Source of the DNA: Chrysomallon squamiferum | Lineage: Eukaryota > Animalia > Mollusca | Length of the DNA stretch: 64,000 bases | Assembly: GCA_012295275.1 (NCBI GenBank) | Contig: CM022665.1 | Span: forward strand, 28,706,001 to 28,770,000 | Direction: 5' to 3' | Shown here: positions 1 through 14,695 of the stretch, piece by piece | How positions within the stretch are numbered: position 1 is the first letter of the stretch | Layout of the letters: each line of letters opens with the position of its first letter | The notes under the pieces: model-generated | The model's database searches: none | The model's input: the letters and a program-made list of their open reading frames with translations, nothing else | What the model was told of the DNA's origin: nothing | Made by a program: the position numbers and the translations under genes

Positions 1-964
1 GATATTTGATATATATTTTATACTGTAAAATATAGGTAACTGTAGTTGTAACCTATTACTAAAAAATGCATTCACGTGTGCCTTTTCTCTGTATATAATT
101 AATGCATAATATTGCAGGTTTATTATGGATATTTTTAATGAAGAAATGTAAATTATATAGAATACTTTACAAATATTACAATCTGGTATAAAGTCAGAGA
201 ATTTTTAGAATGGTTTTATCTTAAAACGTCGAATCGCCAAAAACATATAGTTTTGTAAAAAGATAGGGGGATGTGTATAAACCGTCCATTATTTTAAAAA
301 TACTGATTGATGTTATTTGATCTCTGATTAAAAACAATTAAAAAAAAAAAAAAAATAAATAAATAAATAAATAAATAAAAAGAGAGGGAAGAAATTAACA
401 ATAATAATAATAAATCAGATAGGTAACTGATGATTTCAAGAATCGTTGTTATATACCGTTCAAAATAAATTAGGCGAATTTTGAAACCAAGCTGTTGACG
501 CGTTAACATTATCTCCCGGTAAAGCGAGTTTCCAAAGAGCATCATATGGTTAAAATTTCCGAAGTACACATGGCTGCCAATTAATTGAATGTTTATAAAA
601 TCTATCATCAGCGAGACGCTGTGTTGTTCTTTTTCCTGCGCTGCATTCACTGTATACTATCCATCGGGTCATACTTTTTTTGTAATTATAAGACAAGATT
701 TTAATTCAGTTTACAAATTTAGAAGAAAAATTTGTATCTTGTTTTCGGTTTACCTTTTTTTTTTTGAAATATTATTATATGAAATTCTAGATTGTTATGA
801 TTTATGTAATATAATGCTAGATTTTGATTTATCTTCTTCAGTTTTAGCATTTTGTCCTTATTTACTGACGTGCGTTTCAAACACGTGTATGATTATGAAT
901 ATTTTATAAACCTAGTTTAAGAGTATTGTTTTACGCTTTCCAAAAACTTTTTTGTAACACTTAC

Positions 965-1130
965 CTGGCAGTTTACATTTAATTAATCATTTAATACGAC
1001 GTATTCCGAAAACTGTAATACTTTTCTTTTAATACCATTAAAATGGGTTGAAAAACAAAGCTGAAAATCTGAGAAAGAGAATTTGCCGCGGGACGGCAGA
1101 TGTAGTGATCTGTGAGTATGATTGGGCTAA
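965..1130 (-). other. Possible first (UTR) exon of a minus-strand gene leaving the window to the left
   Basis: Perfect donor CAG|GTAAGT at 965/964, downstream of a GC-richer patch (1080-1390) with a CCAAT motif (~1122). Confidence 0.35.
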
Positions 1131-2330
1131 ATGATCTCCCCACTGCTAGGATTAATGCGACAGGTTCACCTAGATCAGTACGTCAGTGTCTGGTTTGTAC
1201 TCGGCTATAGGGCTCCACGGTTCTCGATCTTAATAAAGAGTAACGTGCCGAAACAGGTCTGCTTTTCTTTAACTTTCTTCTGTCAGTGTGAGGGGTTAAT
1301 TAACATCTACGTGCTGCTCTATACCTGTCGCTATCAATTCGTATACATTCAAGTGTATTGTAGGATATCCAGGCTGCTGCCCAGACGTAATTAGTTATTA
1401 ATTTAAAAAATATATATATATACCTATATATGAAATAGAAATACAGAAATTATAAAATACGATTTACACAGATTAAGAATTTGAATTCAGTGGTCTTTCG
1501 TTTTTTTTTTGTTTTTTTTTAATATATGTTTATAAATCTTTATTATTATTTTAGAATGCATTTTGATATCGATTTACAAGTGATCTTATTCCTTCTTATT
1601 TATTTGTTGTTTCAAATACTGAATGATAAAACCAGTACATTTTGTATATTCGTATAACTACAATTTAAAAAAAAAAAAAAAAAATCAATCAAAATTATAT
1701 AAATTATTTTAACATCTTTTATTTTGTATTTTGTATTTTTTAATCATTGTTTAAAAAGAAAGCAGAATTGTCTTAATGGACGATTATTGCTGTTATTATA
1801 ACTAAACTGTTTCATTTCGACCAAATACTGATATTCATGCACCAAAACACGAATATTTGTATTAATAAGAATTGCACGTTTAAAATAATTTTGTATTCAG
1901 TAAACATTTTCTGTGCATTTTTCTGTTACTTATTTGTATTTATGTAATAATTGATAATAAGTGCATTACACACTGAACACGTAATTATTTTATATTCAAT
2001 TTTATTTTGAACGCACCTAAGTGTAACTGTAATTATAACCAACGTACCCCCCCCGCCTGTGATGCACACCTGCAAAACTATTATTTTATTTAAGTTTTAT
2101 GCTCTTAGCCAATGAAATGTTTCTAATCAGAAATATTGTGCTTAAAAGATTTGTATCTATAATGTGCTTTCTATAATTATGTGATCACTTCACTTTTAAA
2201 AAAAAAAAAAAAATGTATTTTTATTATTATTTTTTTAAATGCGATATTTATACACTGCCAGAATATTTCAAAAATATTTTTACTTTTACAATTTGCTATC
2301 ATTTACTATTGCTGTTCCACATGCAGATTT

Positions 2331-2375
<45 letters not shown>

Positions 2376-5300
2376 TAGCTATGGAAATTAATTTTGATGT
2401 TAACTTTTATGTATATTACAGCATTGTACTTGGATAATAAAGTGTATGTTGTGTATGTAGCCATGTAGCTATTATTTTCATGTGCACCCTTTTTCCCTCA
2501 GGACACTGGTTTATTTATAGAAAATTGTATTGTCTTCCAAATTTTTATTTTTAAAGAAATAGTTTATTATTTTTTATAATTTGTGTTTTGTTTTTAGCTA
2601 CTTATTTTGTTTTGCCACCTGTAGCAAACTGCATTCTTTTTGTTGTATTTGGTTTTGCTCTAGTCATTTCTGTAAAAAAGATTTTGCTTATTAAATACTG
2701 TATTGTTGTTGTATTTGAGTTTGGTATTATTTTGATTTATTAATTTATAAATGATATGTGGTATCAATTTTCAAATATTTGATTCGTTCTCTCACTCTCT
2801 GTCTCTCGCTTCTTCACCCTCTCCTTATGTGTGTTCGTGCGTGAGACAAATTGTTTTATGCCTTCCCTTCAGCAACCTAATTTATTATTATTATTTATGC
2901 GCTTTGTTCCTGGTTGTATCGCGCCTTTTTAATGTTCAAATGTTCAGCGAAGAAATTTGCCTATTGTAAGTAATTTTTTTAGGTTAAAAAAACCTTTATT
3001 GATATAAGATCATTAAGCTTTTGTCAGTTACACTGTGTGGTTTTTTTTTAGAAAATTTTCCCCAGTGTCTAAAATACGCTAGTAGCTCTAAAAATAGCAT
3101 CATTTTTTTCATGTCTCGGTTAAAGTTTGCGCATGTTATTATTTTTTTTTTTTTTATTATTTTTTTTAAAGAAATAGACGAGTCTAAATTTTGGCCTCAA
3201 AAGCATTCTCGCATTGCATTGTCATAATTAATTCAGAACTTGTAATTATACTTTTTAAATGAAATAAAATAACACCGTTTATTATTTCAAAATTCTTTAA
3301 TATTGATAATTCTCTATTTAATTATTAAAGAAAACCATCTACCTATACATAATTACTAGCATTTTATTTAAATTCCTTTTTACTTTGGAAAAGTAAATGG
3401 ATCTTGTACATTCACCTCTCTTTAGATGTGCACATGCTACGAGACAGGCCATTATTATTAATTACTCATGAAATGAAGCAAAACCAGATAACTAACGTAA
3501 TTTTACGTGGTATACCAAACAAAATAAATCATTATAAACTTCGTAACATTTATCATTTATAAACACACAAAATGAACGATAAAAATATTTTGTAGATATG
3601 ACCGTATATAACTACGCTTTCTCAAAAAAAAAAAAGAAAAAAAAAGAACGAACGAAATCTAACAGCATCCTTTTAAACCACAACAAGGAATTCTAGTTGG
3701 AGAAAGAAACAGTGTTTGTCTAAATACTGTAAGATGGTTTCATCCTTCAACCACTATAGCTCTGATAACAAACCCGTTGAATTCAGTCAAATAAGCGGTT
3801 GCAAATTATTGGATGGTCTTACACAAAAAACATCAAGTAGATTAGACTGTTTGAAGTAATAAATATTTATTTCAGTTCCATTATTTGTTTTCATTCGATA
3901 GACATTATTAGAACGCATAATAATACATACCTGTTAATTTGCTTCTATTTGTGATAAACAATCAGGGTAAACAAACATAACTGCTTCGAGTAACCCATAC
4001 TTCGTCACAATTAATAATTAAATTTTATTTCAGTTAGTTATTCTGTTAAATATGTTTCGATTCAATAAACGTACTGAGAACACGTAATACATCTATTTCT
4101 GATACAAATAGTAAATGTAAACAAAAATGTACTCTATCGCATATTAAAAGACGCTAACGATGTCATATTAGCGCAAGAGAGAAAGAAAAGCGAAATGGCG
4201 CTAACTTCAGATACAAAAAATATATAAATAATAATAATAAAATAAATAAATAAATTAACTTAAAACACCGACCACAGAAAAGAATTCGCAAAACGTAAGA
4301 GCCAAACTAAATTTTGATTGTAAATGGCCAAAATGCTGTTTATTTTATTACCAATGTTAATTATATACCCATTAAAGGGTAGAAACTCAGCTAGAATTAG
4401 TAGTGCGAATAATTATAATTTGATTACGTCTGCTAGAGCGCTGATTCACGATAATGCTTTGTATAACAGTTGGTTTTCCTAAGCCTTGTTTTAGCTTTTT
4501 AATACTATTTATGCAGTATTTCAAGCCAGTAAATAATCATCAGTTGTTGCTGTTGTTGTTGTTTTGTTTTTTAAAGTAGTTTTCATCATTAAAAATAATT
4601 TTTCTCCGAATTTTCTTTTCCCCTTTTTCTCTTTGAGCTGTGTGAATTTTTAAGATAAAGGGTATTAAAACGAAAACTGTATAACGTACTCTAAAAATTT
4701 CAACGGTTACAGCCATTTAATTAATTTTCAAACGAACATTAATGGTATAATATGAAGAAAAAAAATAATAATAATAATGAAATCTTGAAATGTAAATTTG
4801 AATGATTTATTACAAATGCAAAACAAATAATGAATAATATTCAGTACTCAGCACTTCACCAATATTAGGATAATGGATATTACATGCTTTAATAGCTACG
4901 GTAAAAAATGCTCTAAACTTTTTAAAATGGGCAAAATCTTTAAATGTGAAATATCTAACTCTAATCTAATTCATTGTATTATTATTACTATTTATTTATT
5001 TATTTATTTATTTATTTATTTTAAAGTTTTTAAACTTGAATACCCGGTGAAAATTTAGGATTTTTGAAGCTCTTTCGAGATGTACTGAATTTTATTACAA
5101 TAATTAAAAAATATATGATACGGACGGCCAAAAATAGGGGAGCAGCTCACTTGGGTCTTCTCCCTCTTTAATGATCAGCGTTATCCTGAAAAATGAGCTT
5201 GAATAATGAGTACGAAAACAAGCAGAGGAAAGTTATCAGGTTTCATGTTTTAGTTTCGCGGAAACGTTCAAGCAGCGTCAGCATTAATTTGTGTTCAACT

Positions 5301-5706
5301 TTACAACATGCGACGAACTAGTTCACCTGTGCCATTTTCAGAGTTTTATTAAAACTTAAGTGTTCAGGGAAGAGACCACTTTACCTAGCTCTTGAAATAT
5401 ACCTTGAGTTAATTACGAAAATAGTGAACGTAATTTACGAAGATACTGGTGGTAAGTTTCGAAGATACTACTGACATTGTGACATTAAATTAAATTAAAT
5501 TACCAAAATAGTAATACTAAATTACCAAAAGGTTTACTCTTACAGTTTTTGATTGTTTAATGTCAACAGTATCTTCTTTTAATTTCGGTGCGTATTTTTG
5601 CTATTTAATAATTCGAAATTGGTAAAAATACTGCTCACAGTTAATTATCGAAAATACTTGGAGTAATTTGCAATAAACTGTATGAAGGGGCTCTTGTATG
5701 ACATTA

Positions 5707-5709
<3 letters not shown>

Positions 5710-5762
<53 letters not shown>
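5710..5762. repeat. (GA)n microsatellite
   Basis: Direct reading. Confidence 0.95.
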
Positions 5763-5765
<3 letters not shown>

Positions 5766-5770
5766 CATTT

Positions 5771-5919
5771 TGTATTATAAGTATAATTCGGTATCTTGAA
5801 AACTAATTACTGATATAAAATAACAAATACACTTTATAAAAAAAATACTATTAAATAAAAATGTCTATTTGTTATTTTATATCAGTAATTAGTTTTCAAG
5901 ATACCGAAATTATAATACA
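5771..5919. repeat. Inverted repeat / hairpin with 43-bp perfect arms
   Basis: 5787-5829 TTCGGTATCTTGAAAACTAATTACTGATATAAAATAACAAATA is the reverse complement of 5866-5908; outer TGTATTATAA/TTATAATACA also pair. Confidence 0.9.
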
Positions 5920-6022
5920 TATTTCGCTATTTAAAAATAGCTGTAAAAATTACTTATCTATGGGCTGCAGATAATATAGTATGAAGTAAATAATCTCTAT
6001 CGGTCTTTACTATTATTATTGA

Positions 6023-6066
<44 letters not shown>

Positions 6067-6846
6067 AATGGTAGTATTTATCATCATCATTTATACTATA
6101 ATGGAAAGTGTCAAATTATTACTAGTGATTTATTTTATATTTAAATAAATAAATTCTCAGCCTAATTAGAGTGTAAACAAACGGGCGTTTCTATGAATCA
6201 AAATTTAAAAACCTGCGCATGTTTCAGAAATTATAATAAACCAATAACCTTTCTTTGGTTTATTGCAGATTACGCAGGCTCTGAACGTGTTCAGTTCTGG
6301 CAAACGGAACCCTTATTTCACAATTTCACCACTAATGGCAGTTTTATGATTGGAACGAAATGTCAAACGATTCACGAAGAAGTAATAATAGATTAACAGC
6401 GGGATGTTTAATGTTAAATGTTAACAGATCTGCACTTGTTAAAATTTGACGTAGTACTTTTCTTGCCGTCTGCGTTTGACTGTTATCAATGCTGAACTGA
6501 ACTGAAGGGACGCGGCAATTACACAAACTTCGCTATTTTATTTATTTATATTAAACATTTAAACTTAATAAAATTTATTAAAACTGGCACTGAATATCGT
6601 TGTTTAGAAATATAATGCGTGAAAAGGATACACAGAAGCATTATTAATGAATTCAGTAAAACGACAAAAAAAAAAAAAAAAAAAAAAAAAAAACATCCAT
6701 TACCTTTCAGGATTTTACAACAATATTTTATATCCTAATTACTCAAAATTTGCATTAATTATTATCATTATTTTTAAAATAAAGAATAATATGAATGTTT
6801 TCGAAACGAGACTTATTTATTATTATCTAGTAATTCGTTGCAATGA

Positions 6847-6887
<41 letters not shown>

Positions 6888-8062
6888 CATATACATATAC
6901 ACACGCACACATACACACACACACACACACACACAGACACACATACAAGTGCTTGTGTTGCATATATATGTATGTATGATGTATTTACGGATGGATATAT
7001 CAGTGTATATATATGTATGGATAGATTTATCAATGTATATATGTATGTATGAATGGATATGTGTATCACAAAATAATAACAAATTAATCTTGTTTTAAAA
7101 ACACCCTCATTGTCCTTTGTTTAAACTGGTAGTAGTAGTAGTAGTAAGAAGAATTATAATTTATTCACATTTCGAAATAAAATATTGTAAGCTACTGAGA
7201 TGTAATTGGAAATTCGTTTAAATTTGTATGGAATTTTTAAAATAACTTTTTCAAGTTTTCGTAACAAGATTTTACCATAATTATTTAAAACCAGTCGTAA
7301 TGTCGATTAAACTAAATTTAAAATGGTATTTCTTTATAGTTTGCACCAATATGTAACAACATAAATGTGTTTTTAAAGTTGCTTCGTCCTATTTTTGACA
7401 TTTTCTAATTATTTTATTTTTAACTATTATTATTATGGTTATATATTTTTTAAATAGCCTTTAGCGACAGTTCGTGTAGTTTGTGGATTATATCAATTTT
7501 TTTTCGTAATTTAAGAAGTGTGAACGGCTACATCTAGTTTTAGCCTTACATTTTCTGAATTAGCTTTTGGCAATAGTCTAGGCTGACTGTGAGTTAAACA
7601 GCATGTACGTATAATTAAAAGCAGTGTAACTAACGAGTATATATCGGAAGTAAAATGTCATCATTACAGATAAAATGTGTGTATGGAAGTTCTCTCAGTA
7701 CCTGACACTCATGCTTGCTCTGCAGTATTTACATTACACAGTCCAGATCTAGTAGAAACACATTAAACAGGAAAGCTTTATAATTTATGATAAACATACC
7801 TGATTTTAATGAGGAAAGTGCAAAAGTGCAAACCACCATGACGAAGAACATACCTTTAGAAATAATTAAATGACTAAGAAACAAATCTTTCTTCTGCAGA
7901 ATTCTCATGATATTGTGCCCGCGACAGGCATGGTTATATGGTTATCCGAGACAAAAATCTATACATTACATACAGACACAGAAAAACACGAAGAAAAGAA
8001 ATGAAAAGATAAAAAGACCCAACACACCCACACCCACCGCAACACACACCCACACCCACCGC

Positions 8063-8095
<33 letters not shown>

Positions 8096-11000
8096 ATTTA
8101 CAAACTGCACCTGTTACTCAGCTTTGGTCTGATACGGTGTACACGAAGACGTCAAACGGTTATCTGACGTCATGTAGCAACTGCAAAAATCTGTAAGACA
8201 GCAGAGAATTAGGCGAAGTTTAAGAAATGTGGATCGAGTGAAAACTATATTTCCAATTGTTGTAAAAGCTGTGAAATTTGCCTTCTAGACTGTGAGAAGG
8301 TACACATAAAAGATTTTTCTGCTAATGAACAAAACGTATATTATTTTTTTCGTTTTGTGGAAGTTATTGCAGCAAAAAAAAAAAAAAAAAAAATGAAAAG
8401 TATATAATTATGTGAATACTGATTTCACGACAAAAATTATTTGAACGTCGAAAAAAGGTAATCAGCACCGCATATTCGTTTTCTGGTGACAAACATGAAA
8501 CTCGTAAGAAATGATGTACAAACATAATTCATAGTTAAACTTTGCAGTCATCACTTTTAATGTCAGTGCATATTCTCTTCTTTTTATATTACTTATTTTA
8601 TTATTTATTTATTTATTTGACATAATTACTGACAGAGAGACAGATACATTTATATAAAAGCAGATCATCAGACTGACAGTATTCCCGAGATTCCAGTAGC
8701 CAGTATAATATTACACGAGAACACCAAATACTAACCCCCAGCAGCCTATTACAGAAAATCAATCAATGATCTTTTGTCGCGTCTTCAAGCAAAACTAACA
8801 TTATCACGAAAATCTTCGTATTGAAGGAAATTATATGGAGTGAAAGTATTTTAATCTTTTTTTTCAAGTTTCATTTTATATTCATTGAAATGCAAATTCG
8901 TTTTAAAAGTATAAAATCAGCTATTTACCTTACACAAAGATTCACTTGTTTGACATTCGTTTACAGTTACTAAGTGACGTCATACAATGCTGACGTTAAA
9001 TGTATTCCATGAAAAACCGAAGATGAACGACAATGACTTGCGGCGAAAACAGAAGCAAACCGAGTATGTTAAGTTTAGTCTTTGTTCAAACTATTGGTTA
9101 TCGTCAGTCTAATTTCTTCTTAATCAGTTATGAACGACTTTTCTGGAATTATTATTATTATATGACAGTTTCACTCAGAAATAACAATAATAATATAAAT
9201 ATCATTTTCAATATAATAACAATCCTAACATTATTAGTATGTACAAATTACTTTTATTTTAATCTATTACTCACATTTGTGCAAAAAGTCAAAAACAAAT
9301 GCAGGTATTGAACCATCTATCAAGCTTCCAGAATAGCAAATTTTTTGATATATTTTTTTCAAAATATGTTTTTAAAACTGGCCACTTTTGAATTAGGTGC
9401 ACTTGTTTTAATGACACCAATTCAAGTGAGAGTGTTGCTGACTACGTGTGATCCTATCACAATAAGTTAGTATTCTTTTTTCAATTTACTCTCATTTTCA
9501 TTCATTATCATGTCCAAAAGACTAGCAGAAACACAACTTGGTAGTGAAAAACATATTCTCTGCATGTATTTTAACAATTTTAAGTGAATTAATAAAGATC
9601 AAACAGATGCGACTTTAGAAGTACATTAATTAGTATATGTTAAATATAGTTTCATTCATTATTTTTGTTTATTTTACATTTTAAATAATGATCAAATCTG
9701 TATCCAGAAATCTGGACCACCTTCAGTTCCAAGCTTGCTAGATAAATGGTTTGGTACCTCTACTGTCTTTATATTTAAACAAACATTACAAATTAAAAAA
9801 ACCAAAAACATTAAGTATCTAAATTGTAAATATTTCATTAAAAATTGGAATAAAAAATATCAAGATAAAAAAGATAAAAAAGTAAAAAATAAGCCCTGTT
9901 GTTGATATTCTGTTTCTCCCTTTATTATAAAATACATCATAAAATTTGCTAAAAACAAGCCAAAAAATAAAATAAATAAATGCAAACCAAAATTTATATA
10001 TATATATTTGTTTTTTGTGTAGATTTGTATTTAACAAGAATGAAAAATGACTTCATAATTAAATAATATATCACAAACACTTTTTAAAGTTCTCTATGTG
10101 ACCTGTTTACATTGTTTGGAAATTGTATATTACAAAAACAACTGCTGAATATCATTTTCTAAATTAAATATAGTTTTGAAAATAAAAAATAAAATAAATA
10201 AAAATACATTCTTAGTAAGGAAAATATTGAAATGTTTATGTTAGAAGTATTAAAGCAAAACCATAAGAAATAAAAATATAATTTTTACATTTAAGAAATC
10301 TTTTTAAAATATGAAAACAAAATTTAAATACTTTCTTTTGTTTATTATAAATTTATCATAATCTTATAATGAATTTAAAATTTTAAAAATGAAAACATTA
10401 AAAATCGAGATTTCAGTAATAAAATATGAAGTTTGCTGAATATTATCAATAATGAAATAGTAAAAATACATTAAAAATAATTACACATAGTGTAAGTTAA
10501 AAACTGAATAAAGTGGAGAAAACATTAATAACGTATTTCATTACAACTCAGACAAAGTTAATATCACAGTTAATATCTTTTTTTTTTAAACATAAATATA
10601 TGTACATTTTATTATAATTTATTATTTAAAGAAGAACCCAGACACAAAACATCTTCACTCAGTTATTTTCTTTTCTACTACAAGTTTTTAACAGGCATCT
10701 TTTCTTGGCTGCATTCTTATTGGTTATTGTCACTGGGCATTTAACACAGTCACATGCAACGCATAATTAACTCAGTCATCACATAATCAAATTATAACAC
10801 CACAACGGGTGTAACATTCTTATATATAGCTAAATAGGTATTTGTTAGAAAGCCACAACAACTACCTTTCACTTTCTTAAAAAGAGCCATAAAGACTTAC
10901 AGTTACATAAGTAACTGGAACTATATAACTGTCCAGCTGACAGTTAGCCACAGGTCTGTCCTGTATGGTGTAAAACTGATCTCTCTAACCAAAATGTGGT

Positions 11001-11385
11001 GTCTGTTTTTATGCTCTAGGAAAGACCACACAGGGGGTCTTTTAACATTGTTTCCCAAAGTAGTAACCCCTCTGGTTGGAACTTCTACAGACTGCAGACA
11101 CTAATGGATCCCCCAAAACAACACTTCACCATAGCTTATATAATTTTTAAGAAAATCGTATGGCCTTTAGCATCTGTTACATATTAAAGAGAAGACACAG
11201 AGCTAAACATTTCCTTAGTTTATAATTAAAAAAAAATTGCGATGTGATATCATTTCATATAATGTTTGTACATTTATTACAGCTATACTGGGTTGACTAA
11301 AACAACTGCACTGAACTGTAACAACTCTTATTTAAACAAAAAAAAAACAGTTTGAGACATTCAATGAAAATGCTGACAGTAGAAA

Positions 11386-14177
11386 CTACTTCTTTGAAAC
11401 AAATGGAAGATCCTCAGATTTGTTTTCTGGGTCATTGATAAAATCTACCAAGATTGAACATGATTTCGTTAAATCTACACTACTCAGTTCCCCCAAATCC
11501 ATACTGGGTAAAGAATATGTAGATGAAATTGTGTAATGTGAGTCATTTGTATCTGATGTATGAGATACAACTGATGTTTCTATAGAGCCATGAACTGCAT
11601 CTGGAGAGGTTGTATCCTTTTGATGAGATATACATGATGGCTCTATGAAATCAGTTGGCAATTCTGTGTTTTGTCTGTCTGTTGGATGAAATGTATTGGA
11701 CGGTTCTGTACAGCTCTTCTGAATAGTTGGACTTTTTCTTTTCAGATATGTATCTGCTGGAGAATGTTCTGAAAAATATAATGATGACTATAAACTGGTT
11801 TATTAATACTAATGTTACTTGATACTTGATTCTGAACATCATCATGAAGTGTAAGTCTACAAAAAGGAACCTACAGGTCCCAACTGTAAAAATGATTTAC
11901 CGTGAGGCAATGGAGAATAAATGTTCAAGAACTACTATGCTACATAATGCATAATCATTAACGTCTGATTAAAAATTTCCAGTTTTGGCTAATGGAAATT
12001 CAAGTTGGCTAATTTTTTGGCTACCGTTACTTTTGATCCAAGGTGATGACCCTAATGTAATTGAAGCAGTTTTAGAGGAATGTCTAAGAAATAAGGTTTT
12101 TATTTTAGATGTAAAATTTAGAAAGGCCATATATGTTAATTTATATTGGAGAAATGTTGTGTATATGTTAATTTACATTAGTAAAAGATTATAGACAGTT
12201 CTTGAATTTCTCATTCATTAACAGAAACTTAACACTTCTAACTGGAAATTGTTTATTACATATTTATTGTAATTGAATTGTTAGTCTCAAGTTCCTTCCA
12301 ATCCAGTTCATTACATATGATGATCCACAGAGAACAACTATGTTTTGAAATGAATAAATAATAATAATTATTATTAATATAATATACAGACACATATATA
12401 TATCTTACTCTTATGTAAATAATCCTACTTAAATAAATAAAGCCCCAACTAAATTATGAACAAATTTAACATAACAAATTGTGACATACTGTGAAGCAGA
12501 TTTAAACAAATTTTCATAACATCTCAGTAGTTTACAATAGTGATCAAAAGTAACTTTTAAATCACCTGAAATTCCCTGTTCTATTTCCTTCTCTTTAATG
12601 TTCTGATTGGCAGTTTCTTCTGACATTTTCAGACCTAGAAGAGAAAAAAACATTATCAAACACACTGACAATTTAGAAAATTCCAGAAATGTTTGATATT
12701 ATTAAAATTTATAAATATCTTTATTTGTTACAACATAAACCTGGTTATGTGTAATCAAACAATATACAAATCGGATAAGATAAGTCATATTTATGGGTGG
12801 CATGCATATAAAGACAGATGTAAAAACTTAACTACAACTGTATTCACAAGTTAACATTCAAACACACTGTTCTAAGGAAGGAAAAAAGTATCTTATTTAA
12901 CAGCACATTTTTAATCCATAGATGTATGGCATCATCTATCTTATATGATTTGTGTGGGTTTTAGCAGTTCTCAGTAGTACCTATAGGTGGGGTTATGAAC
13001 AAGAAGTTATGAACATGCATAATGTAAATGTATTTATTTCATATGATTGTCCTTGGTGATCCTTTGAATTGTGTACCTGTGGATAATGTGGGCTATGTGT
13101 GTGTGTGTGTGTGCAGATATTAATAGATAAACAGACAAACAAATATACTGTTACTTAAAGAATCTGTTTCCATTTCATCCACACAGAAATCTTATTTAAA
13201 ACGAGTGCTATTTCTGTTTGCATTTCTAATCTGGCTAGTATGTAGTACATCTTTTACCATATTTTTAAAGGTATAAAATCATTTATTTAATCCAAAGCTG
13301 CATCCAAAACAACAAACAATTCATCAATTGCAAGCAAACTAAATTTAAAGATTTTTTTTTTTTTTTAAATAACCCTCTCCCCCAAAAACATGCTATACAT
13401 ATTAACATTTTGATGCTGTTTCATATTCACTGGTAGAATGAGGCCATTTTTCAGTCAAAGCGTGTGCTTTCCTCTTTTTCTTTTGGATATGTCCAGTATC
13501 TGAAAATACAAGTGAAAGCAGCTTATCATATGTTTTAAATGAGCATATGACTATAAACATTTATAAAAATTTCATTTAAGTATTGTTATTGCCATTTATT
13601 ACTATAAACTAATGTAGTGACAAAAATACACTGATGCAATCAAAATCAAATTATTTCAATAATACATACATAACAAATATACCTGCACATACTCAGACAT
13701 ATACATTCATACACACAAACACACATATACTACAACCATGTACAAAAATAAATTTAGAAAAAAAGAAATACTGTCAGTATAAAACACACACACGTTTGAT
13801 TAAAACATACACACAATCACATTTACAAAAATAAATATAAAAATACAAATATTGAAAAAACATACACTGCCACGTATATGTTTTATAATTGTGTACCCAT
13901 AAAATATGCACACCTATACACACTAATATACCTGTGTCAGCTTTGTAGCAGAACTTCACTTCATCCATTTCTTCAGTAGACAAGCACTTCAAAATCAGAA
14001 ACACTTCAACATCTTCTTCTGTGTTGACATATCTGTATTTGGGCACTCTGAATAGAATTAAATGCTGAAAGAAAAATGGTTTTCATTAATTAAAACAAGT
14101 CTTAGATATTACAAATTTATATACAGTAATTCCATGAAAGTACTGCATGTAAAAAAAACACCAGTTTAAAACTCAAC

Positions 14178-14234
<57 letters not shown>

Positions 14235-14501
14235 ATACAAAAACATACAAAACAAGAATTGCAGAATATAACAACAGCATCAGTGATAAAAATAAGAACA
14301 GTGATGATAATAATAATAATAATAATACCACAAAAACAACAGTAATAATAAAATACAAAACCTTGTAAAGTATATCTGGCTCTACAGGTTTAAATTTTGC
14401 AGACTGCCACAGACAGTTTCCATCAGTATCTCTCTCTTCCAGGTACACTTCATAATCCCCTAGAACAAATTATAAAGATCTGAGTCTTTTTCTATTTACA
14501 A

Positions 14502-14533
<32 letters not shown>

Positions 14534-14660
14534 ATTTTACAAGGTGTATTTAATAATTTGTATTTTGTAGAAAAATAAATATTTTAATTTATGGTGAAAT
14601 ATAAAGGGCAGCTAACAACATACATCTGACTCCAGTGTGGTAAATAAAATGAAGAAGAAG

Positions 14661-14695
<35 letters not shown>

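Noticed and set aside
294-909. ORFs of 118 aa (-) and 106 aa (+)
   Set aside because: F/L/I/Y-biased translations of AT-rich, low-complexity DNA with no exon signals.
958-972. ACTTACCTGGCAG resembles the U1 snRNA 5' end
   Set aside because: The rest of U1 is absent; it is better explained as the reverse complement of a splice donor.
6843-7082. His/Thr- and Cys/Val-rich ORFs (also at 52665-52955 and 54129-54332)
   Set aside because: Translations of (CA)n/(TA)n microsatellites.
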